From Phoronis australis (taxonomy: Eukaryota > Animalia > Phoronida), in the NCBI GenBank assembly GCA_002633005.1, contig NMRA01000120.1, positions 129,056-193,055 of the forward strand: a stretch of DNA of 64,000 nt, written 5' to 3'. The notes beneath the pieces were generated by a model. The model had not been told where the DNA came from and searched no databases. It worked only from the letters and a program-made list of their open reading frames with translations. Position numbers and translations under genes: made by a program. Below are positions 50,349 to 62,600 of this stretch, piece by piece (positions within the stretch are counted from its first letter, which is position 1; each line of letters begins with the position of its first letter).

Positions 50349-53300
50349 ATGAGCAAAGTAATTGGCATCCCGCCACTACGTTTCGTCCATGTTTTAGATC
50401 TCGTAAGTACTTCTTCTAATTACTCATGCACTCAACAGACTCAACCACGAAAATCACGAAGCTTGACCTGTTGCTGTTGATCAATGTTGAACTTGACACG
50501 GTGTCTGGCCTCAACACTCAACCAGTCAACAGCTCTATTATTCTTTTCAACTCGAGCAATAAAGTAAGCTGTTACTCCGCCTCTACTATGGCCTGACCCA
50601 GAGGATGTGGTATTTTCCATTCCCGTTAAAAATTACTTATAATTTATAAACTCCATAGCCAGGCAACGAATAACACCGAATGAAGAATGCATTTAATGAT
50701 TTATAGATTTATAGGCCTACGTAATAAGTATTGCGGTAGTTAACAATTGTAACCTCAAGTACTTGGAAGTTATCAAAATTTGCTAAACCAAAAGGTAGGA
50801 CAGGGAACTTACCCCCTCCAGGGCTCGACGCTATTAAAATCGCCAGGTCGCATTTTGCGACCTAGCCAAAATCCCAGGTCGCATTTTCAAAATCCAGCTC
50901 GCATTCGTAAATGCCAGGTCGCAAAATTTTCCCGCCATTTTTACGGGCCAAAATAGATTTTTTATATCATCGAGAAAATGTTTAGATTAGGCTCTTACCT
51001 GCAGCGTTAAATACTCACAAAGTTCGGATCTCAAAACTGACTTCATTCATGCAGGTACGGCTTTAGTGTTCTTCACGACCGCCATTGAAAGACTCTAGAG
51101 CGCAAGGCGAGTTGCCGACGTGAAAGTTGAATCAGTGCTCTCTAACTGACTTGTGCATTAGAGTAGCTAAATTTGCGATGTGAAAAGGGAGAAAATGCTC
51201 CTTGAAAAAGTATCCGGGATATTTTTAGATCTGGCCTGCTACTGGCTGTCATCAAAGTCGTTAACGATTCAAACTAACTCGGGTAATGGCGAGTTTGCTC
51301 CGCAATACCTTCCAAGTACGGGAAAAATAGGTCAGTCACAAAATGACACGCATGTCACTAGTGTTAACTTTCTTTCCGAGATATAAAACAAAGCCGGGAT
51401 TTGGTTTTTACATATTGTGAAAAGACGTTTTTGAAAACTGAAGTTGTGTAAAATGAAAGTGACACACCATATAAGCTGCGTGACAATTTTAAATCACACG
51501 CGGACGTTTGTAGTGCGCTATGATGGGCACTAGCTTGAACTGTGGGCGCTTCATTGGGAAATTCTCAAAATTTAAGGGGGGACTTTTAATAGATCAGTGA
51601 GCGCTTATTATGAAACACTTTAAAGGTACATGTAGGGAGTAAGCTTGTGCGTGAGCATAGTTGTTAACCTCAGTGTTTGCAGTAATAAGACATTATAACG
51701 CTGCAATGGTAAGAAACATTATAATAATACGATTTTGCGAGGCAAACTCCATCTCGTAGGGGTGACTTCTGGATATCGTTACCACCTATATTGTACCCTT
51801 TTTAGCCACCCGGAATGATTTTGTTTTTAACTGCCTGCTTCAGCCGGAACAAGGTTGTTTCTATAGGAGTCTGAACATTTTACGGCGACGGTGGTTCGGG
51901 GAATGAAAAGTTGCCGGGGGGAGGGGGGGGGGTGTATAAAGAGAGGAATGAAATGTTCGCTAACTTGAACCACAATTTCGCATCTAGTGCCAGTTTAGTT
52001 GCAATAACTGGCTACGGGCATTCGGGAAACATCGGAACAGGAAAACGTCAGTTCTGGGTTATATCGGTCCCGATACATCGGGTCTTTTATAACCGCTGGG
52101 AATCTGAGTTTATTTTCAAATAAACCAGAGCCAAGCCGGTATACTCTTTCATTTAGGACTGTCGCTGTTCTTTGAAGTGGTGTGCGCGCGTGAGTTCACG
52201 CACTTGAATCGCTGGAGTAGGCCTACACTTTACGTCGGTAACAACGTGTGAAAGACAAATCATATTTCGCGCACGTACATGTAGCCCCAGAAACAAGTAA
52301 GGGGTTTGAGAATTTCTTGGCAAATGAAAGTAAAGATGTGACCGTCGCTTGGCGATTAATAAGGTTGCCATAGGAGAAGCACATCTCAGTCTAAGTCACG
52401 ATTGTGTGCCGGGACCGCTTGCGCGCTAACGGTGCCGCAGTGCGATATCAGGGATATTGTCTTGGATATTTGGTACATGTAATAAGGACATCTTATGTGA
52501 AAAATAAACATTTTTGTCCACCGCAAAGTTTGGTAAGTTGATCGCTTAAGAATTAGTAGAAACACCGTTGTCTTGTGAAGTTTTATCACGTGTTAAGCAG
52601 TGGCCCGAAACTTTCTTCGGCGAATCCGGGAATTTACAAAAGTGGCCGAAAGTGTTAGCCAATGAAACACGTCAAAGATCGATTCTCCATATCCCATGTT
52701 ACACGACTTGCTTACAAGTCATCGGGAGGGCTGTTCTCGGTTAGTGTTGTTTTGAACTTGGATTTGGCAACGACCAAATAACGGTCGGATTAAGAAGAGC
52801 TGCTTTGTATTTGCCAAGTATCTGTTGAGAAGTGTAAAAACTCAGCTCGCATTCGTTGGAAATTCCAGGTCGCATTTTGCGACTTGATACGAGCTGACAA
52901 AAATCTCAGCTCGCATTTCCAAATTTCAGGTCGCAAATGTGACCTGCAGCTCGTTATGTCGAGCCCTGCCCTCAAGACTCTGAAGACAGTTTAGGCAACA
53001 TAATTTCAATATTCATGTTGGCATGTAATAGTCGAGAGACTGAACCTGAACCAATGACCCTGATAAAACTGGCAAGAATGCTAATCATTCTGCTAATAAT
53101 CAATTGCCTGTTAGCAAATGGCTAAAAGAGGCTCATGTGATTCACTGGAAGCACATCTACAACATTCCCCCTTTTCCTATACGGAGCAGGCGTGCCACCA
53201 GGAAGGTGTACATATCTGGATACGGTCTCAGAGGTGAAAACTGTCTCTGTGTGAAACGCTTTAATACGATGACTTACGGGTGTAACTCAATCTCCCATAA

Positions 53301-53612
53301 AGGTACTTTGATGTGGAACTCATTGCCATCAGTAATGAGACAATGTACTGCCTTAAATGAATTTGCCACTCTTGCTCATGATTTTTTCTCTGAGATCTGC
53401 TCTTGTGAAAACTGCTACGGATGTCTACATGCTCCGTAACATGTATGTGTACTTTTGTATTTCTATTTATGTTTAAGTTCTATATATTCTCCGTACTGTA
53501 GAATTAGCTTGTATTTTAGTTCTGTATTTTCATTTTTTAGATTTTAAATTTGTCGGATAATAGCACTTGTGCTGTTTCATTGTTAAATCTCCGAGTTTTA
53601 AATAAAGATTAT

Positions 53613-53648
<36 letters not shown>

Positions 53649-56600
53649 ATCAAATTCCCTTGGTACCTTTGCAGTGCCCCAGCATACCAAGCGTGCCGTC
53701 CAAGTTCTGCGGGTAATAGTTGGCACTGCTTTATCAGTAGATCATCCATGCGGCCTAATACGCAAATTGTAGTTATAGCAGAGAGCCTGACCCGGCAATC
53801 GAACCAACAACCCCGATAAAACCAGCAACTATGCTAACCATTCACCTAATAGGTAATTGCCTGTTTGCGAGTAGCTAACAGAGGCTCATATGATTCATTG
53901 GAAGCACATACAAAACATGGAATCCAATCTAGTTTCCCTTGTTCTCCAGATGACGTTTTGAAGAAGTTGTGGGAAATCATGCCAGTTGACAAATGTCAAA
54001 AAGTCCTTGGACAGAGACACTAATCTTATAAATTCTTCACTGACTAGGTAGATAGCATTTCAGCAACGACAAAAGTTGTTACAATTCCCTTGTTGGGGTT
54101 TAACCAAGAAATGTCCCTGTCCTTAGTCATGATTCTGTCAATTTTGGGTGAGTGTTGAATTTACAAATAGGTCCTAGGTCCTTCACTACATTTCATTTGT
54201 TGTGTCTGTAAAAATGAGAAGTATCTGTGGTCAATTCCCATTTTGAACACTATCACTGATACAACTGCTGGTAAATAAACATATAGTCTTCACTGGTGCC
54301 TGCCGCTGTGACGTTTGGTCGTTTGATTTTCTCTGTGGTGGGTTTGCTAAAAGTATTTGTGTGGGCGGCGCTATGTGCCGTTATCAAAGCCACTACGATA
54401 GCATTGTCGAGGTCCTCAGTGACGTAGTCACAGTCCGGTATGGGACAGGCGACAATGGGCATGTTGGCGTGCAGTGTGGGTCAACGGCTACTGGCTGTGG
54501 TGTGCGCAGCTGGGCTCAAGACAGATCCTCTTCATAAATAAACAAATACCGTTATTTCAAAGATCATCTTTATTAGAATGAAGAGGATCTGTGAATAAAC
54601 AAAAGCAGGACTTAGCCTAACGATATGATAAAGTTCTACTATGTGAAATACGGCTTAAAATAGTCTTATTTACCAATAAAAGAGTTCGACAGCACAATTG
54701 TGGGTTGAAGCGAACAGCGGAAGGGAAGTCCTATAGTGACACTTATCGTTCGCCGAACAAAGTATTCTCTAGCTGGTTGGTCTGTAAACTTCCCGTTTAA
54801 AATGGATTGAGATAAGGATCAGTTTGGAGAAATCTGTTGAATTCCGCTGATGTCATGTAGTCAGCCCAACCTGGGTCTATCCACACTCCTGTCATCAATG
54901 GAGTGACTCTGTTCACTTGGTCCTTCTGTGAGAGTACTGTTTCACATCAGATAATATCTAAATAGAAGGCTTGAATGCACCTAGGCTCTGTTTTTCCATT
55001 TTCTTATTGGGACATGAAAACCGATGGAATTCATGAAATCTGAATAGAGGCATAAAAATTAGACTGTGTGGGTTCTTGAATTTTCAAAATTGTTCAAGTA
55101 ATAAAGATTTCGTATAATCAAACAAAGTAATCTACATCAGTCTTGAGCTCTGCTTTCCATGAGTTCCCTCGACACATTTACAACACATTCACAACACCTA
55201 CCACATTCACATTTCATTCATAACACATCTCACATTCACACCACATTCAGTCCACATCCACTCCGCATTCACAAATTATCACATTTAATAAATTTACAAA
55301 TTAACACATTCACACCACATTAACAACACATTTGCACCACATTGACTCAGGCCTTTATCCAGGATTTTGGAAATAGGGTGTCCAAAATGGGGTTCCCAAT
55401 ATTCCAGGGTGTCCATGATTCCGACGCGTAACCCCCCACCCCCAGCAATACCCCCAAACACACAGATTTTTTTACAAAAAAATGCAGAGATCAAGGTTTT
55501 TACATCTAAGTTTATAAAACAGCCTTCTATGGTGAGCATTTTTACTAAAAAAAANATAAAGTAAGCTGTTACACCGCCTCTACTATGGCCTGACCCAGAG
55601 GATGTGGTATTTCCCATTACTATTAAAAATTACTTATAATTTACAAACTCCATAGCCAGGCAACGAATAACACCGAATGAAGAATGCATTTATATGATTT
55701 ATAGGCCTACGTAATAAGTATTGCGGTAATTAACAATTGTAACCTCAAGTACTTGGAAGTTACCAAAATTTGCTAAATCAAAAGGTAGGACAGGGAACTT
55801 ACCCCCTCAAGACTCTGAAGACAATTTAGGCAACATAATTTCAATATCCATGTTGGCATGTAATAGTCGAGAGACTGAACCTGAACCAACAACCCTGATA
55901 AAACTGGCTAGCATGGAAATCATGAAATCTGAATAGACATAAAAAATAGACTGTGTGGGTTCTTGAATTTTCAAAATTGTTCAAGTAATAAAGATTTCGT
56001 ATTTAATCAAACAAAGTAATCTACATCATTGAGCCCTTCCATGAGGGCCCTCGACATATTCACAACACATTAACAACACGTACCACATTCACATTTCATT
56101 CATAACACATCTCACATTCACACCACATTCAGTCCACATCCACTCCGCATTCACAAATTATCACATTTAATAAATTTACAAATTAACACATTCACACCAC
56201 ATTTAGTCCACATTCACAAACTTACACATTGGCAAGACAATGACACCATATTCACTCCACCATTCACACCACATTCTCTTGACATTAACAACACATTTAC
56301 CTGACATTCACACCACATTCAGTACACGTTCATGCTGTATTCACTCCCACATTCACTCTCATTCACAATCTCAAGTTTAGACCGACCACAAGGAGACAAC
56401 ACAGTTAATTGTTTTCATCAATATCTAACAATATTGTTTTGTTTACAGACCACTAATATAACTCGATTAGAAATTGGGCCGAAAACATTATGCCTGCAAA
56501 CCCACGAACAACTTCTAACCAAAGAACCGCTGCCATGCATTGTGATCCCGCCCAACAGTTACTGCGTGATCATAGACCCTTTAAGGTCAGTATTTGTCTT

Positions 56601-59600
56601 TAATATTCTGTGTTTTTAAATAAAATACAGGATTTCAGATTATTTTTGGAAAGAAATTTTGTTATTGTTAATTATAAAATTGTCTTGGTCCACCAAAGTG
56701 CATTTTAATCATTCTAACTGCAGTGTATCTGTTTTTGAAGCATTATGGAATACTCAAGATTGCTTATAAGAGCACAAATTACAAAGAATCAATTTTAACA
56801 CTACAGTTTGTCATTTCTAACTTTGCATTTTACATTTTCTTCTTATGTGTGAACATTTTTATGTTTGCAGCAATTATGAAGTTGGGAAACAAGTTGAACT
56901 CAGACATGGCTTTGAAGAGGTCCGGTTTCACAAGGTAACTAATGCTAACCTTAAAGTTTGTTAATTTGTCAAAAATATGGTGATTATGCTATAGTTTGAC
57001 ATCGTGTGCTCTAAACAGGCTCACAGTCAAGAAAGTGTGTTTGATAGTAGTGAAAATTTTCTTTCTTTGCATCAAAAGGGCAAAAGAAAATTACTTTTAT
57101 TATAAACTGGTAGGCAACACTAGTTTTGGCAGGGAGTGATATAATTTTGTTAAATGAATCAAAGAGGCAGATAAACCCATTGAACAGAGGTGATAATTAC
57201 ATCAGTTTTTGGCCATAATAGGATCAAAAAAAACGAACAATCGCCACAAAAATGAAAACGTTCAACGTTTCGTCTATTCATTAGATATCACCAGGTTATA
57301 AACAATAGGACATTAAGTGTCGATATATCAGTCAGGTTACATCCTTGAAGTGAAATGAGTCACGCAGCAAGACAGGAAATAGTAAATAGGTCATCACCAT
57401 AGCTGCAAAGTCAATGAGCTCTGCATGCGTTGTTCAGAGAACCAGCAGCATGCTGGTCCTGAATGTCCAATGACTCCTTAGTGTAGAGTTAGATGATGAT
57501 GTTTTTAATCTCAGCCATCTGTACTGTGCCCTGTGCTGTGCTCAGCGACATCTAGTGACAATGTAAGAAAGTCTTGATCAGTATTTGGAAGCCAAACATG
57601 TTGTGTAATATTTAATTTTTTTTTGTTGCTTAGATTGAAGTTTTTGATAGAAGTACATTGTGCTGTGCTGCTTTGTGATGATGCAGTTTTTGTTCCAGTA
57701 CCACCTGTAGATCACATGTGGTGTGGACACAGATTTAATTGGTTTGATTTTACACCATTTGTTTTCTAATTCTTTGCTATCGTCATGCCATCAACTTACC
57801 GTGTTGTTGATATGCTGTGGGATTTCAAATGGTTGGTGTAAATGGCAATGTTTTAATTACGAAATATCCGTGTATCAAAGAAATTTCACGTTTATTTTCA
57901 TCAGCTTGGCTCTTGTTGTATCTGTGTTGTTATGTTGTAGTCACTTGTTTAATCTAAATGCAGCTCACCTGTATGTGCGAGACTTTCCATGGGCAAGAAT
58001 ACACATGCCATGTGTTTATGACCACCATAATCATCCTTGTCGCTAATTCACAGAAACAAGATCATAGTCACTGATTTTATTCCTTTGCTGAACATACGAC
58101 TGTCGTTTACAAAGCAGGTGAACAAAAGAGTATTGCTATGGGATACAGTTTCAGTTGAACTGTAAAGCAGAAAAAGTTCTGACTGCCAATGCTTTTCAAA
58201 CATGACTTCGACCGTTTCAAATATGGCTCCAGATTTCCAAACTTAGCTTAGAATTAATGTAGGGAGAACACTGACCTTTACTTCAAGGCCTGAGTACTTA
58301 CCATTCCTTTGATAGGAACCATTCCCTTTGTACCCTGGTGAAACTTTGAAGGATGCTGAGAACTTCATGAATGATGGAAAGTACGGTGCATCCATTAAAC
58401 CCCTCCCAGTGATCAAAGCCAACCAGGCAATGAGGCTTAGGGCCAACCTGGACTTTGATGACGATGGCGTTGACAGAAAGGCCGGTGATATGTGGCAACT
58501 GGATGGACCGCTGACCTATAGACCAGCCGCTGAAGTGGTACGGTATATAACAAAAATATTCGGATGAAATGCTAACCAATCATGGCTGCTCATGACTCAT
58601 CATTTGAGCTAACAAGTCTTGACTGTGAGGTCTGGCTGCACTCATTCACCATGATGGTGAAATCAACGTGGGCTCAATCACACTAACGGGAAATTCTGTT
58701 GAATAAGATGGTACCTTCGTGCTCTTGGTGCTGTGTGCCTGATAAAATAAGAATTTACTTGGTTTTAAGTATTTGTTACAAGTGGTGAGTTGTACGTTTA
58801 TTGATTTTCATCGGAGCTTTTCAGTTATCAGGCACTTACATTACGCACCAAACGTATTCAGACAAAATGATCCAGAATTCCCTGCCGTGATTATGTAATA
58901 CATTTATTCCGTTGTTGTACAAAAGGCCTCCGGCCCATATACACAGTTTTACAATACATTACAAAAACTTACGTATCTACGGCATCTCTTCTGCTACCGT
59001 CTGCTAACAAATCTAAATTATCCCACTTCAGCATGACATTTTCTAAGGAAATTTCACAGTTCATGCTTATAAGCTTGGATGTTGTTCTTAAATGATGACT
59101 GAATTCATTGTCAGAATGGTTGTCACCTGTCTCATGGCAGAGAATGAAAGGAAATTAAGTAGCTGAGCCATTCTGCTAGTAGAATTTTAGTCATAACTAG
59201 TCATTTTGCTGTAACGGAATTAGCCGACATGACAGAGAAACTGTATTTGGTTTTGAATACTTCTGTCTTGTTCTGTATTTTGAATACTCTGCTTGGCACA
59301 TTTGAGAAAACGAGTCCAGTGGTTGTATTGGTGAACATTGGCCCAAGATGTAGTGGAATTTTCTTTTGTCACTGATTATTGATTACTGTATCATGTCATT
59401 AAGGTAACACATTGGTTGTGTTATTGGAATTTTAAGGACATTACCAGTTGTGTATTGTCTAGTGGGTAAATCTCACATTGATAATGCCAGTGAGATAATG
59501 TACTTATAATTATAGTGGTGTTGAATATAAGTTGATGTGGTTTGGAATCCCATGCACAGAGAAAGTATTGCTTCTGTTGCAGTGTTCAAAATGTAGATAT

Positions 59601-62600
59601 TGTTTCCACTTGACTGCAATGTGGCAGCAGATAACTGTCGTCTCAGATGATTCATATTTGAGTCTTCTGCATGCTAAGCTAATGCAGACGATATAATGTG
59701 TGCCGTCTGTTTCTCTCTTACTCTCTTCATCATTTGTTACTAATCCGTCTGTCCACCGACTTATGACCTCCAGTTTTGAGTGTATGGTTGGTTGCTGAAA
59801 ATGAAAGAAGAAAAAGATGAAGAAGAACAAGGAAGAAGGCGTTCATGTCTAATGTATTTTGTGCAATTGAATTTCAGTCTATGAAAGTGATTGATGCAAC
59901 AATTATTAAAGATGGTGAGGCCTTGCTTCTGTCAGCGATGCAAGATCTTGTTGACAAAACTGGAACGTAAGTCTGTCAACTGTAAATGAAGATAAGGGCA
60001 TTCTGTAGACCTAGTTTATTGTGAGAAAGTGAAACCTTGCTAGGGAAAAGTGAATGTTTTGCAAGACTGCTTTGGAGCATGCCAGCCTGTCCTAGCCAAA
60101 TGGCGGCTACTGAAGCGATTGGTCTGTGAGGTTGGAATGTTGAATTGTGGTGTTTAATTCTCAGTGTTTCCATTCCATAAGTGAAGATTTTTCCCTGCGA
60201 GTGCAACATAATGTTGCTATGTAAGATCCTATATATTCAGTTGCTTACTGAAAACTTTGTCTGAAGTTTTGTCAGGTGTTGGTTTACCCTAATTATTTTT
60301 TTTCTAATTTTGCAGTAAGCGTGTCTCTGGAGAGGAGTGGTTATATACAAAACCTGGAGCGTACTTACCTGATGTTTTCGAAAAGGTAAACGTTATGACA
60401 AAGTCAAGTTTAGTTTCATGTAAAGTTTACCCTTATTCGTAAAGAATGTCTAGAATAATTTGGGAATAAATGTTTATAATGATTAATGAAAACTAATGAG
60501 AACTGTCAAATCTACAGCCGTCATCATTGGGAGTGTCCATGGATTCGATTTGCACCACAGAATGTGATTTCATCATGGTTGGGTCAAAATGACCAGTTAC
60601 CCCAGAACAAATTCTAATGGGACAACTTGCCACTGGGACCTGTTTCTTGAAGTGTCTTTGGCCAAAATTTATTTTTTGTATTTTAGCTTTAGTTTTTATT
60701 CTGCTTTCAAGCAAGCTACAGATTTTTGTATTTTGGCTTCAAATTGTAGACAGATTTTCTTAGTTTGAGCCTTAGCTTGATTTCCCGAAACTAGCAAAGC
60801 CATCCGTACACTGATTTTTAGCCAAAAGTCGAAACACAATCGACTCTTCGAGAAACGGCCTGCTAGCCAGCTGGACAGTAGCATAGTGCTAATGGCATCA
60901 AAGTGGAAGTGAGGAATATTGTTTTATACCCAGTGTCGTGGAAGCAAAGTGTCTCTGTGAACTCAGCTGCCCAAGCACGCAGTCGACAATTACTTCCTTG
61001 TTGTCATTGCTTCTATCCACATTCTCATTGTACTGGGACAAGCTGGTGGAGCACAAGTTGCGACCTTATGGATATGTTGGACTCTAGAAAAACGTCTACA
61101 TTTGGTCAACTTCGGAACATCATATCTCAGAAGTGGCTGATTGGATTCATATGAAACTTTCTTATTATATAATTTATTCACTGTTCTCCTAAATGCTGAT
61201 AAGAATTGTTTTTAAAATGTTCTACTTTTCGATGAGGGGCTATCAAAAATAGGAGTTTTATGATTTTCATGAAAAATGCAAAACTTGCATTAAAAGAAAT
61301 CGAAAAACTGTTCCAGCTTTTTTGAGAATTCATCTTAAATATTTGTGAAATAAACAAAATTTAGTCATTTTATTGATACCATATTTTTTTTTATGTGCCC
61401 ACATATTTATATGTGGACGCATTATGCCGTCATCTCCGTCCGTTTGTCCGTCCGTCCGTCCGTCCGTCCGCGGTACGGGCGGCGTCCGGCGTCCGCTGCT
61501 CTATCTCCAAAACCCTTTGACATACATTCATGAAATTTGGCAGATATGTTCCATTCATGAATGGGACGGCATGTGCAAACTTTCGGACGGATCCGACTAT
61601 CGGTGTGCCCCCTAGTGGCAATTTTAGTTTTTTACGCTTACCTTTGTATCTTCAAAAGTCCTGAACCGGATTTTCATGAAATTTGGTATGTAAGCACGTA
61701 TTAGTGAGATGACGCTATCCTCCCGTTTTCAGATGGATTTGACATATTTGCGTCCACCCCTCTATCAACCAAACCGCTCGAAAGATGGTTGTGAAAATTG
61801 GCATGTATGTGCTTACTATAAAGAAGACAACTGACAATGATTTTCAGACGATTTGGATTACTGTGGCGCCTCCTAGTGGCAGTTTTGTTTTTTTGCGCCT
61901 ATGGCTGTATCTCCTAAACCGTTCGCAGGATCTTTACGAAATTTAATAAGTGTAATTATATGATGTTAACAACAGACGATGATGACTTTTGGATGGATCC
62001 GCCTACCAGTGTGCCCCCTAGTGGCAATTTTAGTTTTTTACGCTTACCTTTGTATCTTCAAAAGTATTGAACGGATTTTCATGAAATTTGGTATGTAGGC
62101 ACCTATTAGTGAGATGACGCTATCCTACTGTTTTCAGATGGATTCGACGTAGTTTGCGCCACCTAGTGGCCATTTTTACTGTTTTCGAGTCTGTATTTTT
62201 GCGTCCACCCCTCTATCAACCAAACTGCTCAAAGGATGATTGTGAAAATTGGCGTGTATGTGCTTACTATAAGGAAGACAGCTGACAATGATTTTCAGAC
62301 GATTTGGACTACTGTGGCGCCTCCTAGTGGTAGTTTTTTCTTTTTTTTGCGCCCATGGCTGTATCTCCCAAACCGTTTGCAGGATCTTTACTAAATTTAG
62401 CAAGTGTATTTATGTGATGTTGACAACGGACGATGACGACTTTAGGATGATTCTGACTACCGGTATGCCTCTAGTGGCAATTTAAGTATTTCACATTGAC
62501 CTCTGTATTTTCATAGGTCTTCAGGTGTATACTTTGTGTTACTTCGTGACTATGAAGGAAAAGTTCCAAGTAGAAATTTGTTTCTGGCATTCTAATGCTG

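Noticed and set aside
53550-53819. Poly-tyrosine ORF
   Set aside because: It is the translation of the (TAC)n LINE tail.
53780-53860. Vault RNA gene inside the MVP-like intron
   Set aside because: It has tRNA-like A/B spacing, an internal TTTT, and no terminal stem or oligo-T terminator; it fits a SINE head better. An Rfam Vault covariance-model hit would overturn this.
57490-57720. Possible intronic C/D snoRNA (RTGATGA boxes at about 57493 and 57676)
   Set aside because: No convincing D box with a terminal stem at a suitable distance.
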